64,000 nt of DNA from positions 365,924,001-365,988,000 of the forward strand of contig OZ024742.1 of the NCBI GenBank assembly GCA_964016885.1, written 5' to 3'. A program made the translations under genes and the position numbers. This document shows, in pieces, positions 11,690-24,695 of this stretch. Positions within the stretch are counted from its first letter, which is position 1; each line of letters opens with the position of its first letter. Origin of the DNA: Eledone cirrhosa (taxonomy: Eukaryota). Under the pieces are notes generated by a model, which was not told the origin of the DNA, ran no database searches, and saw only the letters and a program-made list of their open reading frames with translations.

Positions 11690-11769
11690 GTAAAACAATG
11701 AAATTAAACAAAAAACGGTTAAGTCATAGCTATGAATTAACCGTTTTTTGTTTAATTTCATTGTTTTAC
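11690..11769. repeat. Near-perfect 80-bp palindrome
   Basis: GTAAAACAATGAAATTAAACAAAAAACGGTTAAGTCATAG / CTATGAATTAACCGTTTTTTGTTTAATTTCATTGTTTTAC, one mismatch. Confidence 0.92.
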
Positions 11770-11837
11770 TATTTATATTTTTGACTCTATATCCAATGAA
11801 TTATATCGTTGAAAATTTTGTAATTGGGGGATTTATC

Positions 11838-11916
<79 letters not shown>

Positions 11917-12399
11917 ACAGGGAGAAAGTGACGATTATTAGGAAGAAAAAATTATTTTTCCCCTTTTTATTTATTTCTCTCTTTTTTCTGGGTTAGAAAA
12001 TGATTAAAACGAAATATATAACTTTGTGTCAAGTGTTAACGTATTAGTTAATTTATTTATTAATTAACAATGGCATTATTTATCTATTTATATATTTAAT
12101 AATTGTCTATTACTGGTTTCACCATTTTTATGCATTATCAAATGATAGTGAAATGTATTGGTGTAGAATGATGGTGTTGCACACGTTAAAGAAATGGTGC
12201 AGAAAGAATAAAGTTTTTACAAACAAGGTTTATGAAGTGAAAAGAAAAAAGAAAAAAGAAAAAAGAAAAAAGAAAAAAAGGAACGTAATGTGGAGCATAA
12301 AAAGTCAATGTGAAAGAAAAAATAATGTTATTTACAGGCATAGTTCTTGAAGTTAAGCAGATCAAAATGTGTTAATATAGCAAGAGTGCTTAGTTATAT

Positions 12400-12620
<221 letters not shown>

Positions 12621-12834
12621 ATCTTTACCAATGTTAATTATTTTCAACTGAACCAGATCAATAATGATATATAATCATTTGATCCAGAAATATTATATGG
12701 TGTAGCGAAACAATTGGAAACAGACATTATTATTATTAATATTATTATTATTCTCTACATCAAACTAAAATATGTTGACACTCTTTTAATAATGTCTTCC
12801 TTGTGAGATTTGTGGTCTTGTTTTGCTTAACTAA

Positions 12835-12889
<55 letters not shown>

Positions 12890-12891
<2 letters not shown>

Positions 12892-13498
12892 TGGCTGCCA
12901 ACTCGTTTTCGAGTACGCCCACTACTTTATATCCATGTAGGAGATCCCCTACCGATGCGCTGAACGAGTGTGACTTTTTAGTCCAGCCAGCGACTTGAAA
13001 ACTCTGGTACAAACACTACACTTGTGACAATTATTGACACATAGTGCTGGGCCCATGGTATCATGTGATGACAAGTGCAGAGCGATCTCCAGATATAAAG
13101 CAATGCCTGTGCCGTGAAGCTTTTATAGTGAGCAAAGGCACTGCACAAAGCCAGTCCCACTCTCTTAACCAAGATGATATTTACCAAAAAGAAGAACAAG
13201 TCAACATCATTGGATACCATCAGGGTTGCAGGTGGTATATCAGAGTTTTCCTTCTCCTAGAATTCTGCCTTGACAATGGCTAAGGGGTCATCTCTCCCGG
13301 TGATTTTTGGATGGCCATTAACTCTTAAGAGCTCCTTTGCCCTTTGACAGGTTTTGTTTTTAGTCCTGCATGATGTCCAAAGTCACCCTCCTCACCAAGA
13401 GACCTTGGTGAGGTTGCCAGTTTTGTCGCCAACAACCCGACCATGGGACAGGTTGTACTGGGATACATGTTACCAGTAGCACCAACTGGTGACCTGAC
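12890..13498 (-). mobile_element. Non-autonomous RTE-derived element (~610 bp)
   Basis: 13305-13486 is homologous to the LINE 5' UTR at 9922-10122. It carries CTAGGAGAAGGAAAACTCTGA (recalled RTE 5' UTR motif), has no RT, and lies within (TA)n. Confidence 0.75.
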
Positions 13499-13962
13499 AT
13501 ATATATATATATACATACATACATACATACATATATTTACACATATAACATATACATATATACATATATACATATAAACATACAAACACACACACTCACA
13601 CACATACACACACACATATATATATATATACACACACACATACATACATAAATGCGTATTTATATTAAATAATTGAAGATTATTATTAAATGTACGTGTG
13701 TTTTACACAAATATGCTATTCTTCCCATTATTATTTTTAGTGCAATTTTTTTTACTCAAAAATGTCTCGTCTAATTTGGGAGTTGTAGAATTTCTTTGAA
13801 GAGCACGAGAACTCTAGAAATAGATAGAACTATATAGAAGAGGAGCTCTTTAGTGCTAGATACAAGGAGGGGGGGGGTTATGGGTTGTTGTTTTTTAATA
13901 TGTAGCTTTAATAAATTGTTCATCACTTTTAGACACGTTTAAATATGTATATGTGAGTATTG

Positions 13963-14042
<80 letters not shown>

Positions 14043-14507
14043 TTACACATATAACATATACATATATACATATAAACATACACACACACACTCACACACA
14101 CACATGTATATATGTGATCATGTATAAATACATATAGAAATGTATATATACATATACACAAACGCACCATCAACTAAATCAAATAAATATACGAGAGATA
14201 ACAAACGCTCCTCAATTTTTCTAAAAGGAGATAAAAACAAGGTCAGGATGGAAAAGCAAAAATATTTCATGATTAAATAGAAATTTTAATTGTGTATCGC
14301 TTGTATTTTCTCGTGTTTATCTCCTCGTGTTTTAGTTATAGCTTAGGAGGTGAGATGGGGGCGATAATTCTATTTAACAATTTGGAAAGAACTGCTACTT
14401 GGCTGCAATATAAGTACAGGCCAGTGTTTCCAGAGCTACCATCGATAATGTTTGTAGATACATACACACTTAGATAGATACACAAATGCATACAAACCTA
14501 CATGCAT

Positions 14508-14828
<321 letters not shown>

Positions 14829-15090
14829 ATATATATAGGTAGGTAGGTAGTAGGTATATATATATTTAGTTATGTAATAAACAATATAAGATAATTATTT
14901 CATTTACCAGGGGTTTCTTGAAAGCAAACACATTTGCTTTCAGTCATCAGAATGAAAAAATCCTGGTGTTTTTATTGAATGTAGATTTGAAAAACAAAAA
15001 TATAAGGAATATGAAAGTGAGGCTGGAGGAAGAAGAAAAGGAGGAAAGAGAAATAAATATAAGTATAAAAACACACACGCACACATATAC

Positions 15091-15137
<47 letters not shown>

Positions 15138-15170
15138 CATACACATACACATAAATACACGAACACATAC

Positions 15171-15219
<49 letters not shown>

Positions 15220-15227
15220 TATATATA

Positions 15228-15328
15228 TCGGCCTGCCCCATCAGACAGTGGGATGGCGTTGTCTTATGTGACCAGCGGTGCCGTTTGGTGTCCGACAGAC
15301 TGGCCGGTCAAGGTGATCAAGGCGATAC
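15228..15328 (+). mobile_element. Possible 3'-terminal LINE fragment
   Basis: GC-rich island within microsatellites. With one frameshift it reads SDR-VGWRCL, like the DRxxWR end of RTE ORFs, and has a short CAAGG(T/C)GAT repeat tail. Confidence 0.3.
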
Positions 15329-15410
15329 ATATATATACACACACACACATACATACACATACATACACATATATACACACATACATACGCAAACACACAC
15401 ACACACACAC

Positions 15411-15492
<82 letters not shown>

Positions 15493-15493
<1 letters not shown>

Positions 15494-15846
15494 TATATAT
15501 GAATGTATATATAGTGTATTTTGCAATACACTGTGTGCTTAATTAAAAGCATTTCGAAGACCTTACGATATTGTTTTAGAGTAGTGACAGTCTCACTTAC
15601 TTTAATTTTCAGCAAACAGGGGAGATAAAGCTGACAGAGCTCTGTTTCGCACTTTTTGGTGCTTATCAAAGCTAAGTACTCCGTCTGTTTGCTGAAAATC
15701 ATGAATGTTTGATTCTTATAGAATTCTAGTAATAATCAGGAACTGATTATACAGAGCGGTTGCCGGTCAAGCAGAAATTAAAAATTAGAATTGGTGCTCT
15801 GAAATAGTGATATATATATGAATGTATATATAGTGTATTTTGCAAT
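15493..15846 (-). mobile_element. 319-nt terminally redundant HHR unit (retrozyme/pLTR-like)
   Basis: ATATATATGAATGTATATATAGTGTATTTTGCAAT is repeated 319 bp apart and brackets a hammerhead. Confidence 0.65.
15605..15699 (-). ncRNA. Type I hammerhead ribozyme, U3:A8 variant, extended helix I
   Basis: Minus strand agct-TTGATAA-gcac-caaaaa-gtgc-GAAA-CAGAGCTCT-GTC-agct. Outer 15-bp perfect stem at 15605-15619 / 15685-15699. Confidence 0.85.
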
Positions 15847-15958
15847 GGCACAAGGCCAGCACAAGGTCAGCAATTATCCCAATGCATGACTGGTACTTAA
15901 TTTTATCGACCCCCGTAAGGATAAAAGTCAAAGTTAACCTCGGCAGGATTTGAACTCA
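15846..15958 (-). mobile_element. SINE fragment (same family as 7305-7512)
   Basis: GGCACAAGGCCAG...CTGGTACTT...TCGACCCCCGTAAGGATAAAAG...ATTTGAACTCA. Confidence 0.75.
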
Positions 15959-16042
15959 TATAGATAGGTAATAATATCATTCGATTCATTTGTGTTTTAG
16001 ACGAATAACGTCATCATTTTGTTCTAGCGGTAGCAAAGAGAA

Positions 16043-16087
16043 ACAATTGACAATTGTTTCAGAGTTATTGCCCTTTTTCAAGATTGT
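16043..16087 (-). ncRNA. Type I hammerhead motif (U3:A8)
   Basis: Minus strand acaatc-TTGAAAA-aggg-caataa-ctct-GAAAC-AATT-GTC-aattgt. Palindromic ACAATTGT helix III; mismatch at the first pair of helix I. Confidence 0.6.
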
Positions 16088-16364
16088 GTATTTCTCCTTT
16101 TCTGCAAGATACTAGAACTCTTGAGAAAATAGAGTATTCTCTAAAGTGTACAGCGACGGATTAGCATAATCTCTGTCACCGGAAGAAGAAAAGGATACAG
16201 ATAGCCGTCTAAAACACATGGCGTTATGAGGCTGTTTGATTGCAAACGAATCGAATGATATTATATTTCGATATAAAACTCACCAATGTAATTACGTATT
16301 CGCTATGTTAGAGTGAAAACAACATTTGGTATATACACACATATATATTATATAAATATTATAG

Positions 16365-16500
16365 ATATAAAGGATCGATCGACCTTCGTCAAATCGGACC
16401 GAGGAGACAATGTTTCCGTTGGTCTTTCCAGTTGCTAGTCCTATCTATCGCAACTCCGGGTAGAAGGAGCAACGTGAAATAAAGTGTTTTGCTCAAGGAC

Positions 16501-16501
<1 letters not shown>
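16365..16501 (-). mobile_element. 5'-truncated SINE copy, inverted relative to 16741-16880
   Basis: Reverse-complement similarity over ~135 bp. Confidence 0.75.
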
Positions 16502-16591
<90 letters not shown>

Positions 16592-16666
16592 AAAATGGAA
16601 CGGGAACAAAACAGAGAGGCAGTACAAACAAAGGTTTATTAGTTTCACGCTCTTATATATATGCAT

Positions 16667-16880
16667 GTCTGAGTGGTAAGAGAAGTGGATTCACAATCAT
16701 GAGGTTGTGAGTTCGACTCCTGGACCGGTGCAATACGTTATGTCCTTGGGCAAGACAATTTATTTCCCATTGCTCAATCTACCTGGAGTTGCGACCGATA
16801 GAAACTACTAGCAACTGGAAAGACCAACGGAAACATTATTTCCTCGGTCCGAGTCGACGAAAGTCGATCGATTCTTATAT
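16667..16880 (+). mobile_element. tRNA-derived SINE (second family)
   Basis: A-box-like GTCTGAGTGG, B-box GAGTTCGACTCC and the conserved central SINE motif GTCCTTGGGCAAGACA. Confidence 0.78.
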
Positions 16881-17252
16881 ATATATATATATATAAATAT
16901 ACACAGTTCAAGAGTAACCAATCTTAAAGAGAGAGATGGAGATAAGAGAGGAGATAGGAAAGGAGAGATTGGTGAATTAGTTAGAAGCCAAAGCGTAAAG
17001 ATATGTGTTCAATATGCAGTAGAAAGCAGCTAGGTGGCTGGGTTCATATATAAATGGAAAAGAATGAAACGAAATTTCATTTCTCACTCTTACTACGGCT
17101 GATACTTAAATGTAAGTATGTATACGTATATACATATATGTATACAGACGTACAGTAGTATGTAAATGTATACATACATGCACACATATATATATATATA
17201 TATGTACGTATGGGTTTACCGGACATTTAATATAATGTTCGGTTTGTTTGTA

Positions 17253-17333
<81 letters not shown>

Positions 17334-17376
17334 ATAAATTATACAATTATCAAAGTTGTGTTCAAATCATTTAATA

Positions 17377-17421
17377 GCTGACAATCGTCTCTTCCAAACT
17401 CTCGTTTGGAGTCATCGAAGC
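17377..17421 (-). ncRNA. Degenerate hammerhead in the presumed PLE 3' end
   Basis: gct-TCGATGA-ctccaaac-gaga-gtttggaa-GAGAC-GATT-GTC-agc. Helices are retained and the core is mutated. Confidence 0.5.
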
Positions 17422-18669
17422 ATTATCAATGTTTGCACATATAATTCACCTCCTATTCAACTGGACAATAATATAGATACTTATAAATTGATGTTGTGAG
17501 CAACAGTTTCGTATTTACAGGGCGGGATGGATGCGACATATATTTTACGAGAATTGTACCATAATTGTACAAGCATTCAAATTAAAATTAAAATCAAAAT
17601 CAAAATCAAAAGCACGGTGTGGAATACATGCAACAGTTAAAACAAGGGAACAGTTCAAATATTAAAGAGGCATTGAGGAAGCAGTTTTGAGAAAGGAAGA
17701 GTGCGATAACAATTCATATGCAGGCATGTGGATATTGTGACTGCGTAGGTCATATACATGAGAAGGAGACAAGCAAAGCTATTATGCATATATAGAAGAA
17801 TAAATACTGCAGTTAGAGCAATTGTGTTAATGTATTAGAGTCTATGGTGGGTGTTGGATGTTTATGGTGTTCGAATTAATGTGTGTTGAGAAACATACAG
17901 TTTTTGCAGACTTTTCCATGACATATGTTGAAATAAACTTTAGTTGGTGTTTATAATGAGTGTTTAAGTTAGTTAGAGCAATGGATTGTAAATTAGTCTT
18001 AATGAATACATATTCGTAGACTATATTTGATCAACCGTTAAATTTGCAATCGTTAATTTCCGGAAGTGAATAAGGGGAGCTAATGCGTAAGGGAAGGTAA
18101 CTAGCTAATTAAGTTCAGTTCAGTTATTAAAATTCTTTGTTCTAATACACAATATAATGTTATACCATTGGATCTCTGTTACTTAACCCTGTTTATTTAT
18201 GCCCGGTTTTACGATATAGTATATTCTACTATCATACATTAAAGGTTTCTTAAGAATGTTATCTATTCGTTCCTGAACAAGTATATGTCATGAAGAATCA
18301 TACAGCTGTTAATATGTCATAATAGATATGCTACATGTGCAATAACATCATGCCTAACATATAATGCTATCACATTTTATATTTAATTATAAGTGCATAT
18401 ATTATGTTGTGCAATTTACTCATTTACTTATACAACCATAAATGCACATATAGTCCATCATCATACATTTCATTAAATGTCTCTACATACCAAGTGTCAA
18501 ATATCCATTACTGCATATGATATAATTAATCTATTGTAGCTATATCACAAGGTGGTAACTCTATGTCTAATTCTACCTGTTATTGCAGAGCATAAGGTTA
18601 TAGATGAATAGGAGTTGTGTAGCGGAAAGAGTTGGTCAAGGGGTTTGTAGTTGTGGGTGCTGCTAAGTC

Positions 18670-21158
18670 CTAGATGTGTAGTGTTAATGGTGGTGGGGGA
18701 TTCAAATCTGACATTGTTGTATACAAACAGCTAGGTTTAAAGTTATGGAATGAGTGTCGGTACCGGTGTTGGCACGAGGAAAATGTCTCTGACTTTCTAT
18801 TAAGGAGGTCTAGTTTCGAAAAGATTATAGTATGGGTCTCCAGAAGGCAGAGATTACACAATTTATTCGGTGGTTTATACAATGAGGTCCTACCTACTAC
18901 TTCCAATTGCAGTGTAAATGGTCTATTCCTAGTTTTCAGAGAGTGTACGTAGCTAGATAAAGAAGTGGAACTGGCTAGATTGTGTTTCTTGAAAGTGTGG
19001 AGGTGTGAGTTGTATCTCGTCTTGAAGCTGTTCGAAGTAGAGCCGATATATGCTTTAGAAGAGTTGTTTGCGTTGACGGTGCATGAGTAGATGATGTCTT
19101 TGGTTAAGCAATTATTACCTAAGGGGCAAGTTCTATTAGTTCTACAGTTACATTTATTCTGGGTGCTAGCTTGCCGGTTCCTATGTTGTGAAGAATTCTG
19201 GTTGCTAGGGGTAGCATTAGGGTAATGATGCCTATCATTCGTATTGTTATTGGTTTCATTAGTGCTATTATCATTATCACCATTATTACTACCAGTGTTT
19301 ACAGGTGCTAAGTTTACACCCTGTTGTGTTTTAATTAGTTGGAAATAGCTATAAATCTCCCTTTTATTACTACTAGCTATATGGTATGCTATGTTAGGTG
19401 TGGTGGAGTACGATATTTTAATTGTATTCTTATTGATAAGGCTATGGTACTTGTGGCCGGTTGGGAAGTTTTTTTCTAAGATTGAGAAGAAAGCCTTAGG
19501 CAAGTTGGTAGAGACGTTTAGATTGAAAGGGGGATTGAAGAATGTATTAGTCCTTCTATTTTTGTTCATAGTATTGTTTTTTTTTAGGTATTTATATTCA
19601 TGTTTGTATTATTATTGTGGTGTTTACTTTGGTGCGAGTTAAGTTTGGTATCAGTCTTCTTCTTAGAGTTATAGTGGCTATTGCTTTTACTATCTTTCCT
19701 CATGGCTATATTATGAGAAATAATGTTGTAACTATGTGATTTTATAGGTAGGAATTCAATCTCATTCTTATGTCCTGATTTAACTAAGGCCTCATTATTG
19801 TATTGTGAATTATTGTTGAATATAGTTTCATTATATGATAGATTAGAGATTCTATTAGATATTCCTTTGGTAATGGAGTTTAATATGGATTTAGGGTGGT
19901 TAGAGTTGGTGTTCACATAAATTAGTTTTTCGTTAGGTTTATGGTAGGGTGTGTATACTCTGGAGTCTAGGATAAGGGTAGCGTCAAGGAAGTTGACGTT
20001 TTTAGTGTTTTTATCTAAGGTGATACTTAAGTTGTAGTTTTTGAAAATTTTGTCTAACTGTTTCCTAGTTTTTTCAATATTAAATTATTTATAGTCTATA
20101 AGAAGAAGCGCATCATCGCGGTATAAATCACCGTTGAGGTAGGGTAGGTTCTTGTGGATTTCATTAAGTAGGTATAGGCCCACCAAATCGGTGACCTGCG
20201 CCGAGTCACTAAATCCCATAGTTATGTCAAATTTGTTATGCGTATCCTTGCGGGTCCATAATTGATCTTCAAAAGAAATTATGGTTTTTCGGACCGCAAG
20301 TATGACATCAATTTGGGATCTAGTCAGGTATTGTTCATGGCCATAATTAGAGCCTTATTTAATAGGATAGGGTAAATAGAGGTGTAGTATGAATTGATAT
20401 CAAATTGTATACATTTTTTTAATTTTATACTCTTTAATACACTTGAACCATTCAATAACCTCACCCGTCTTTCTCCATTGGTTAAGGTAAATTTTGTGCT
20501 TAAATTGTGGGATGATTTTATCTAATATTTTCTTGCTGATAATACCAATGTCAGACTTGGAAGGGAAAATCAGTCTAATTGAAGGGTTACTAATGAAGTC
20601 TTCCTTAGGGTCCTTCAGAGAGAATCGTGGGAGATTAGGGGTGTATGGCTGTGTATGTCTCTAAAGTCCTAATTTACTCACTATATTACGGCCTTCAATA
20701 TTTATATCTTCCAGATTTTTAGTAGTAGTTTTCTTGTAGCTCTTATGCCGTTCCTTATATATACATTTTCTATAGGTAACGTAATCTAAGCTATATATAT
20801 TATTAGTTTTATCTGCATGCACTATGATTTTTCTATTTTCATTAAATCCTTTAATAGTGGAGTTAAGGTAATTTAAGAAGGTGTTGTTTCTATTATGATG
20901 TTTTCTTTTGTATTTTATGTTCTTAACTAGTTTAATTAGATCATCTTCAAATGAGTTTAATAATGTGTTGTGGGGAGGGCTTTTAAATGTTTTAAAGCCG
21001 TAATTGTCGAAGTTGTTCGTATCCCTGTATTTGTCTGAACGTTTTATGTCGTAATGGAATGTCCCCCATCTCACTCTATTGATAAAAGAGTTGACACTAT
21101 TGATCAATAATTTTTCATGTGTATCTTTAGGTGGTATTGGTATGTTCTTAGTAGACAT
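18670..21158 (-). pseudogene. PLE polyprotein remnant: reverse transcriptase and C-terminal GIY-YIG endonuclease
   Basis: STKNIPIP, ADKT, LKDPK..RLIFPSKSDIG, QFDI, FDITMG, YRDD (20112-20123), NFLD, SNHP, FNPPF, CxCx5Cx5C, IIY...YIG, FKTRY, CNLCLLE and LLN. One TAG (20661) and at least three frameshifts. Confidence 0.93.
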
Positions 21159-21341
21159 AGAAGGTGATCTTTGATAAGCATACTGGTAATTTAATGTATG
21201 TTAGCTCAACTATATGGAGCAGTAAATAATAATAATACTATGTGTAGTTATGTATATAGTATAAACAACCTTCCTGTTTGTGGTTGTTTATACTATATAC
21301 ATAACTACAAATAGTAATATTATTATATATATATATATATA

Positions 21342-21540
<199 letters not shown>

Positions 21541-21751
21541 AAACATTTTCCTACATATATATAACGACATTCACTTATTGAACTGTCGTTATATTCCACT
21601 ATTGTATTCTAAATACATTGGTCTCTTCCCATAGTTCAGTCGTCTTTCAAGAATTGATTCTATTTTTATTTATATTCTATATCAGTGTAGTTTGTTTTGT
21701 TCAGATCTGTCTAAAATCCCCTGTGGTACACTGCAGTTTACAAAGATATAT

Positions 21752-21903
<152 letters not shown>

Positions 21904-22013
21904 CTAGACTTCATGAGTGAAGGACTGTTGATCCAGGGGCAAAGTGAAGGAGAAAATTACCAGAATATTCGGTTCCTATTCCCTAAGGCAGCAAGAAGTA
22001 AGCTAATATATAA

Positions 22014-22106
<93 letters not shown>

Positions 22107-22157
22107 TATTTATTAAAATAACAGATTAAAGATATATATACACTTACACTTGTGTAA

Positions 22158-22228
<71 letters not shown>

Positions 22229-22540
22229 TTCACATACATACACATGCGTGTGTGTGTGTATATATATCAAACGTGTGTGTATGTATTTATATATGTACGT
22301 ATGTATATATTTACACACAAATTAGTTTATGTGTGTTCATGTGTGGCAGCCTGTTATGGAATTCTTTCCATGAACAATGTAAGCAAGCAATAGCTTTCAG
22401 CTAAATACTAGCACACCTGCTAGAGATTGGTTGGTTATTCACTCGAACATGTTTCATGTCTCCTACAAATACACTTACCTCTAAATAATAATACAAATGT
22501 GCAACAAATGTGCAACAAAAATGCATTTGATCATAATAGT

Positions 22541-22640
22541 TTCTACTATGGGCACAAGGCCAGTAATTTGGAGAGAGGGAAAGTCAATTAAATCGACCCC
22601 TGTGCATTATTGACCCCGTAAGGATGAAAAGCAAAGCTAA
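22541..22640 (-). mobile_element. SINE fragment
   Basis: GGCACAAGGCCAGTAATTTGG...ATCGACCCC...CCCCGTAAGGATGAAAAGCAAAG. Confidence 0.7.
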
Positions 22641-23152
22641 TCTATCATCAACACTACACTATATTTATATATTGTTTGCTATCACATCACACATAACAAA
22701 CATTAGACTTTCTCTATAGATTTTCATAATGCTTAATCTCTCAGCAGAATTTACGAGATTCAGAACATCACAAGATCTAACTGTAATAATTCATAAGCCA
22801 ACATTATCATGGATTATTGTAAACTGTCTATTAACCCTGCTTGTGTAGATTTAAATCAGATTTTTTACCTTTAGCTTATGTTTCATGTCAAATACTACAT
22901 CCTCTTCCATGGTAAATGATGGTTAAAAGACGTAAAACAGGTAAACAAAATGCTAAATATAACCATTAGGAATTCTTCTCTGACGCAGAGAATATCAACG
23001 GCTGGGTCGTAGCATATTATTCAAAGATTTGTGCAGTTCTAAATTTTACTTTCACTCATTTCTGGAGGTGGCTGTAGTTAACATGCATTTTATTGATACG
23101 ACAGTGACATCACTCATACACCATATAAATGAATAAATAATATATATATATA

Positions 23153-24055
23153 CGAGGTGTGTCAGAAAGGTTCCAGGACTGATGTCACAAAAGATTTATT
23201 TCAAACCCAAACTTCACACTAAGAGTTTTCTCCTTCAAAGTAATCCCCCTGGAGTCAAATGCACTTTTCCATCCTTTTCTGCCATGCTTGCATGCACTCC
23301 TGGAAGGATTCTTCCGGGATCCTCCGCAGTTCCGTCGTCACGGCCTTTTTGATGTCGTCTACGTTTTCAAAACGGGTCCCCTCCGGGTCGTACTCGAAGA
23401 TCCATGACTCATCACCGGTGATGACTGTCCCTAGCAAGTCTGGTTCGGTTTCAAGACGTTCGAGGATGTCCTGGCACACTTGCATGCATCGACCCTTCTG
23501 GTCATCGTTCAGCAGTTTTGGCACCATCTTCGCGCAGACTTTCCGCATGTCCAAATCTTCAGTGAGAATCTTCCAGACGCTGTTCCGATTCATGCCCAGC
23601 TCATTTGCCATCAGTCAAACAGTCAGCCGACGATCGCTACGCACCATCTGCCTGACGCGCTCAACGTTGACCTCAGTCCTGGTTGTTGAGGGCCTTCCGC
23701 TACTGGAGTCATCTTCCACGTCCTCGCGTCCTTCTTTAAACCTCTTGCACCACTCAAAAACGCGTGAGCGTGACATCGTCTCATCTCCATACACTTGCTG
23801 CAGCAATCCCAGTGCTTCTGACAGAGTTTTCCCCAACCGTTCGTTGCTCTGTGCTCATTGCTTGACGACCTGAAACAGAGGACATGTATATAGAATTATG
23901 AAGAAAAAAGTTTGATCGCTGCAGAAAGCTAAGATTACCATTACATACTCCAGGGAGATTACTTTGAAGGAGAAAACAGAAAACTCTTAGTGTGAAGATT
24001 GGGTTTGAAATAAATCTTTTGTGCAATCAGTCCTGGAACTTTTCTGACCCACCTC

Positions 24056-24056
<1 letters not shown>
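23153..24056 (-). mobile_element. Internally deleted mariner transposon (irritans-like CGAGG ends)
   Basis: TA flanks at 23151-23152 and 24057-24058. Inverted repeats at 23153-23255 and 23947-24056. Confidence 0.93.
23219..23858 (-). pseudogene. Mariner transposase remnant
   Basis: MSTEQR, VFEWCKRFKEGREDVEDD..SGRP, KVCAKMVPKLL, ITGDESW and QGDYFEG. The catalytic core is deleted between YDPE and GTRF, and there are two in-frame TGA stops. Confidence 0.93.
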
Positions 24057-24130
<74 letters not shown>

Positions 24131-24499
24131 AAGTTCATCTAGAAAGAGGTAGAGGAAGTTATGGTATTCCTATATTAAATACAGAAAATTATCCCTCTCA
24201 TGTTACCACACAAATGAAAGGCCGTTGGAATGACAAAAGTTTCTTCAATATGACTGCAGTTTATGTGACGATAGTTTAAATCACCTGAAATTTAAGATTT
24301 AGTAAATGTGAAGAATATAATCACATGAAGCGTCAGAAGACAACGAAGGATTTAAAGGTAGAATCAGAAGAAAGGGGCTACGTCTTGAGAGGAATAAAAG
24401 GCAGTTTCATAGAAAGGGCCACAGGATTAATGACAGAGAATGTCACGGAAAGTGGAGTCACAAGTTCAGGGAATGGAAGTGTTAGAAAAATTAGTGTAA

Positions 24500-24695
24500 C
24501 GCCTTGAAGAAATCTCAGATAAAGGGGCCTAGCGCCTTGGAGAAATGAAAGTGTCAGAGACAGGGGCCTAGTGCCTTGGAGAAATGTCAGAGAAAGGGAC
24601 CTAGTGCCTTGGAGAAATGAAAGTGTCAGAGAAAAAGGCCTAGGGTCTTGGAGAAATGAAAGTTAAGATCAGAGAAAAGGTGCAAAGCTTTAGAG
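24500..24695. repeat. Degenerate ~39-bp tandem repeat, ~5 clear copies
   Basis: TCAGAGAAAGGGGCCTAGTGCCTTGGAGAAATGAAAGTG-like units that decay outward. Confidence 0.75.

Larger units (their letters stand above)
17331..21325 (-). mobile_element. Penelope-like element, decayed, probably near full length
   Basis: RT + GIY-YIG remnant, degenerate HHR near the 3' end and a fold-back at the 5' end (21226-21325). Outer boundaries are inferred from the flanking (TA)n. Confidence 0.75.

Noticed and set aside
18670-21158. Selenocysteine recoding in the PLE ORF
   Set aside because: The conserved cysteines are normal Cys codons and the in-frame stop found is TAG.
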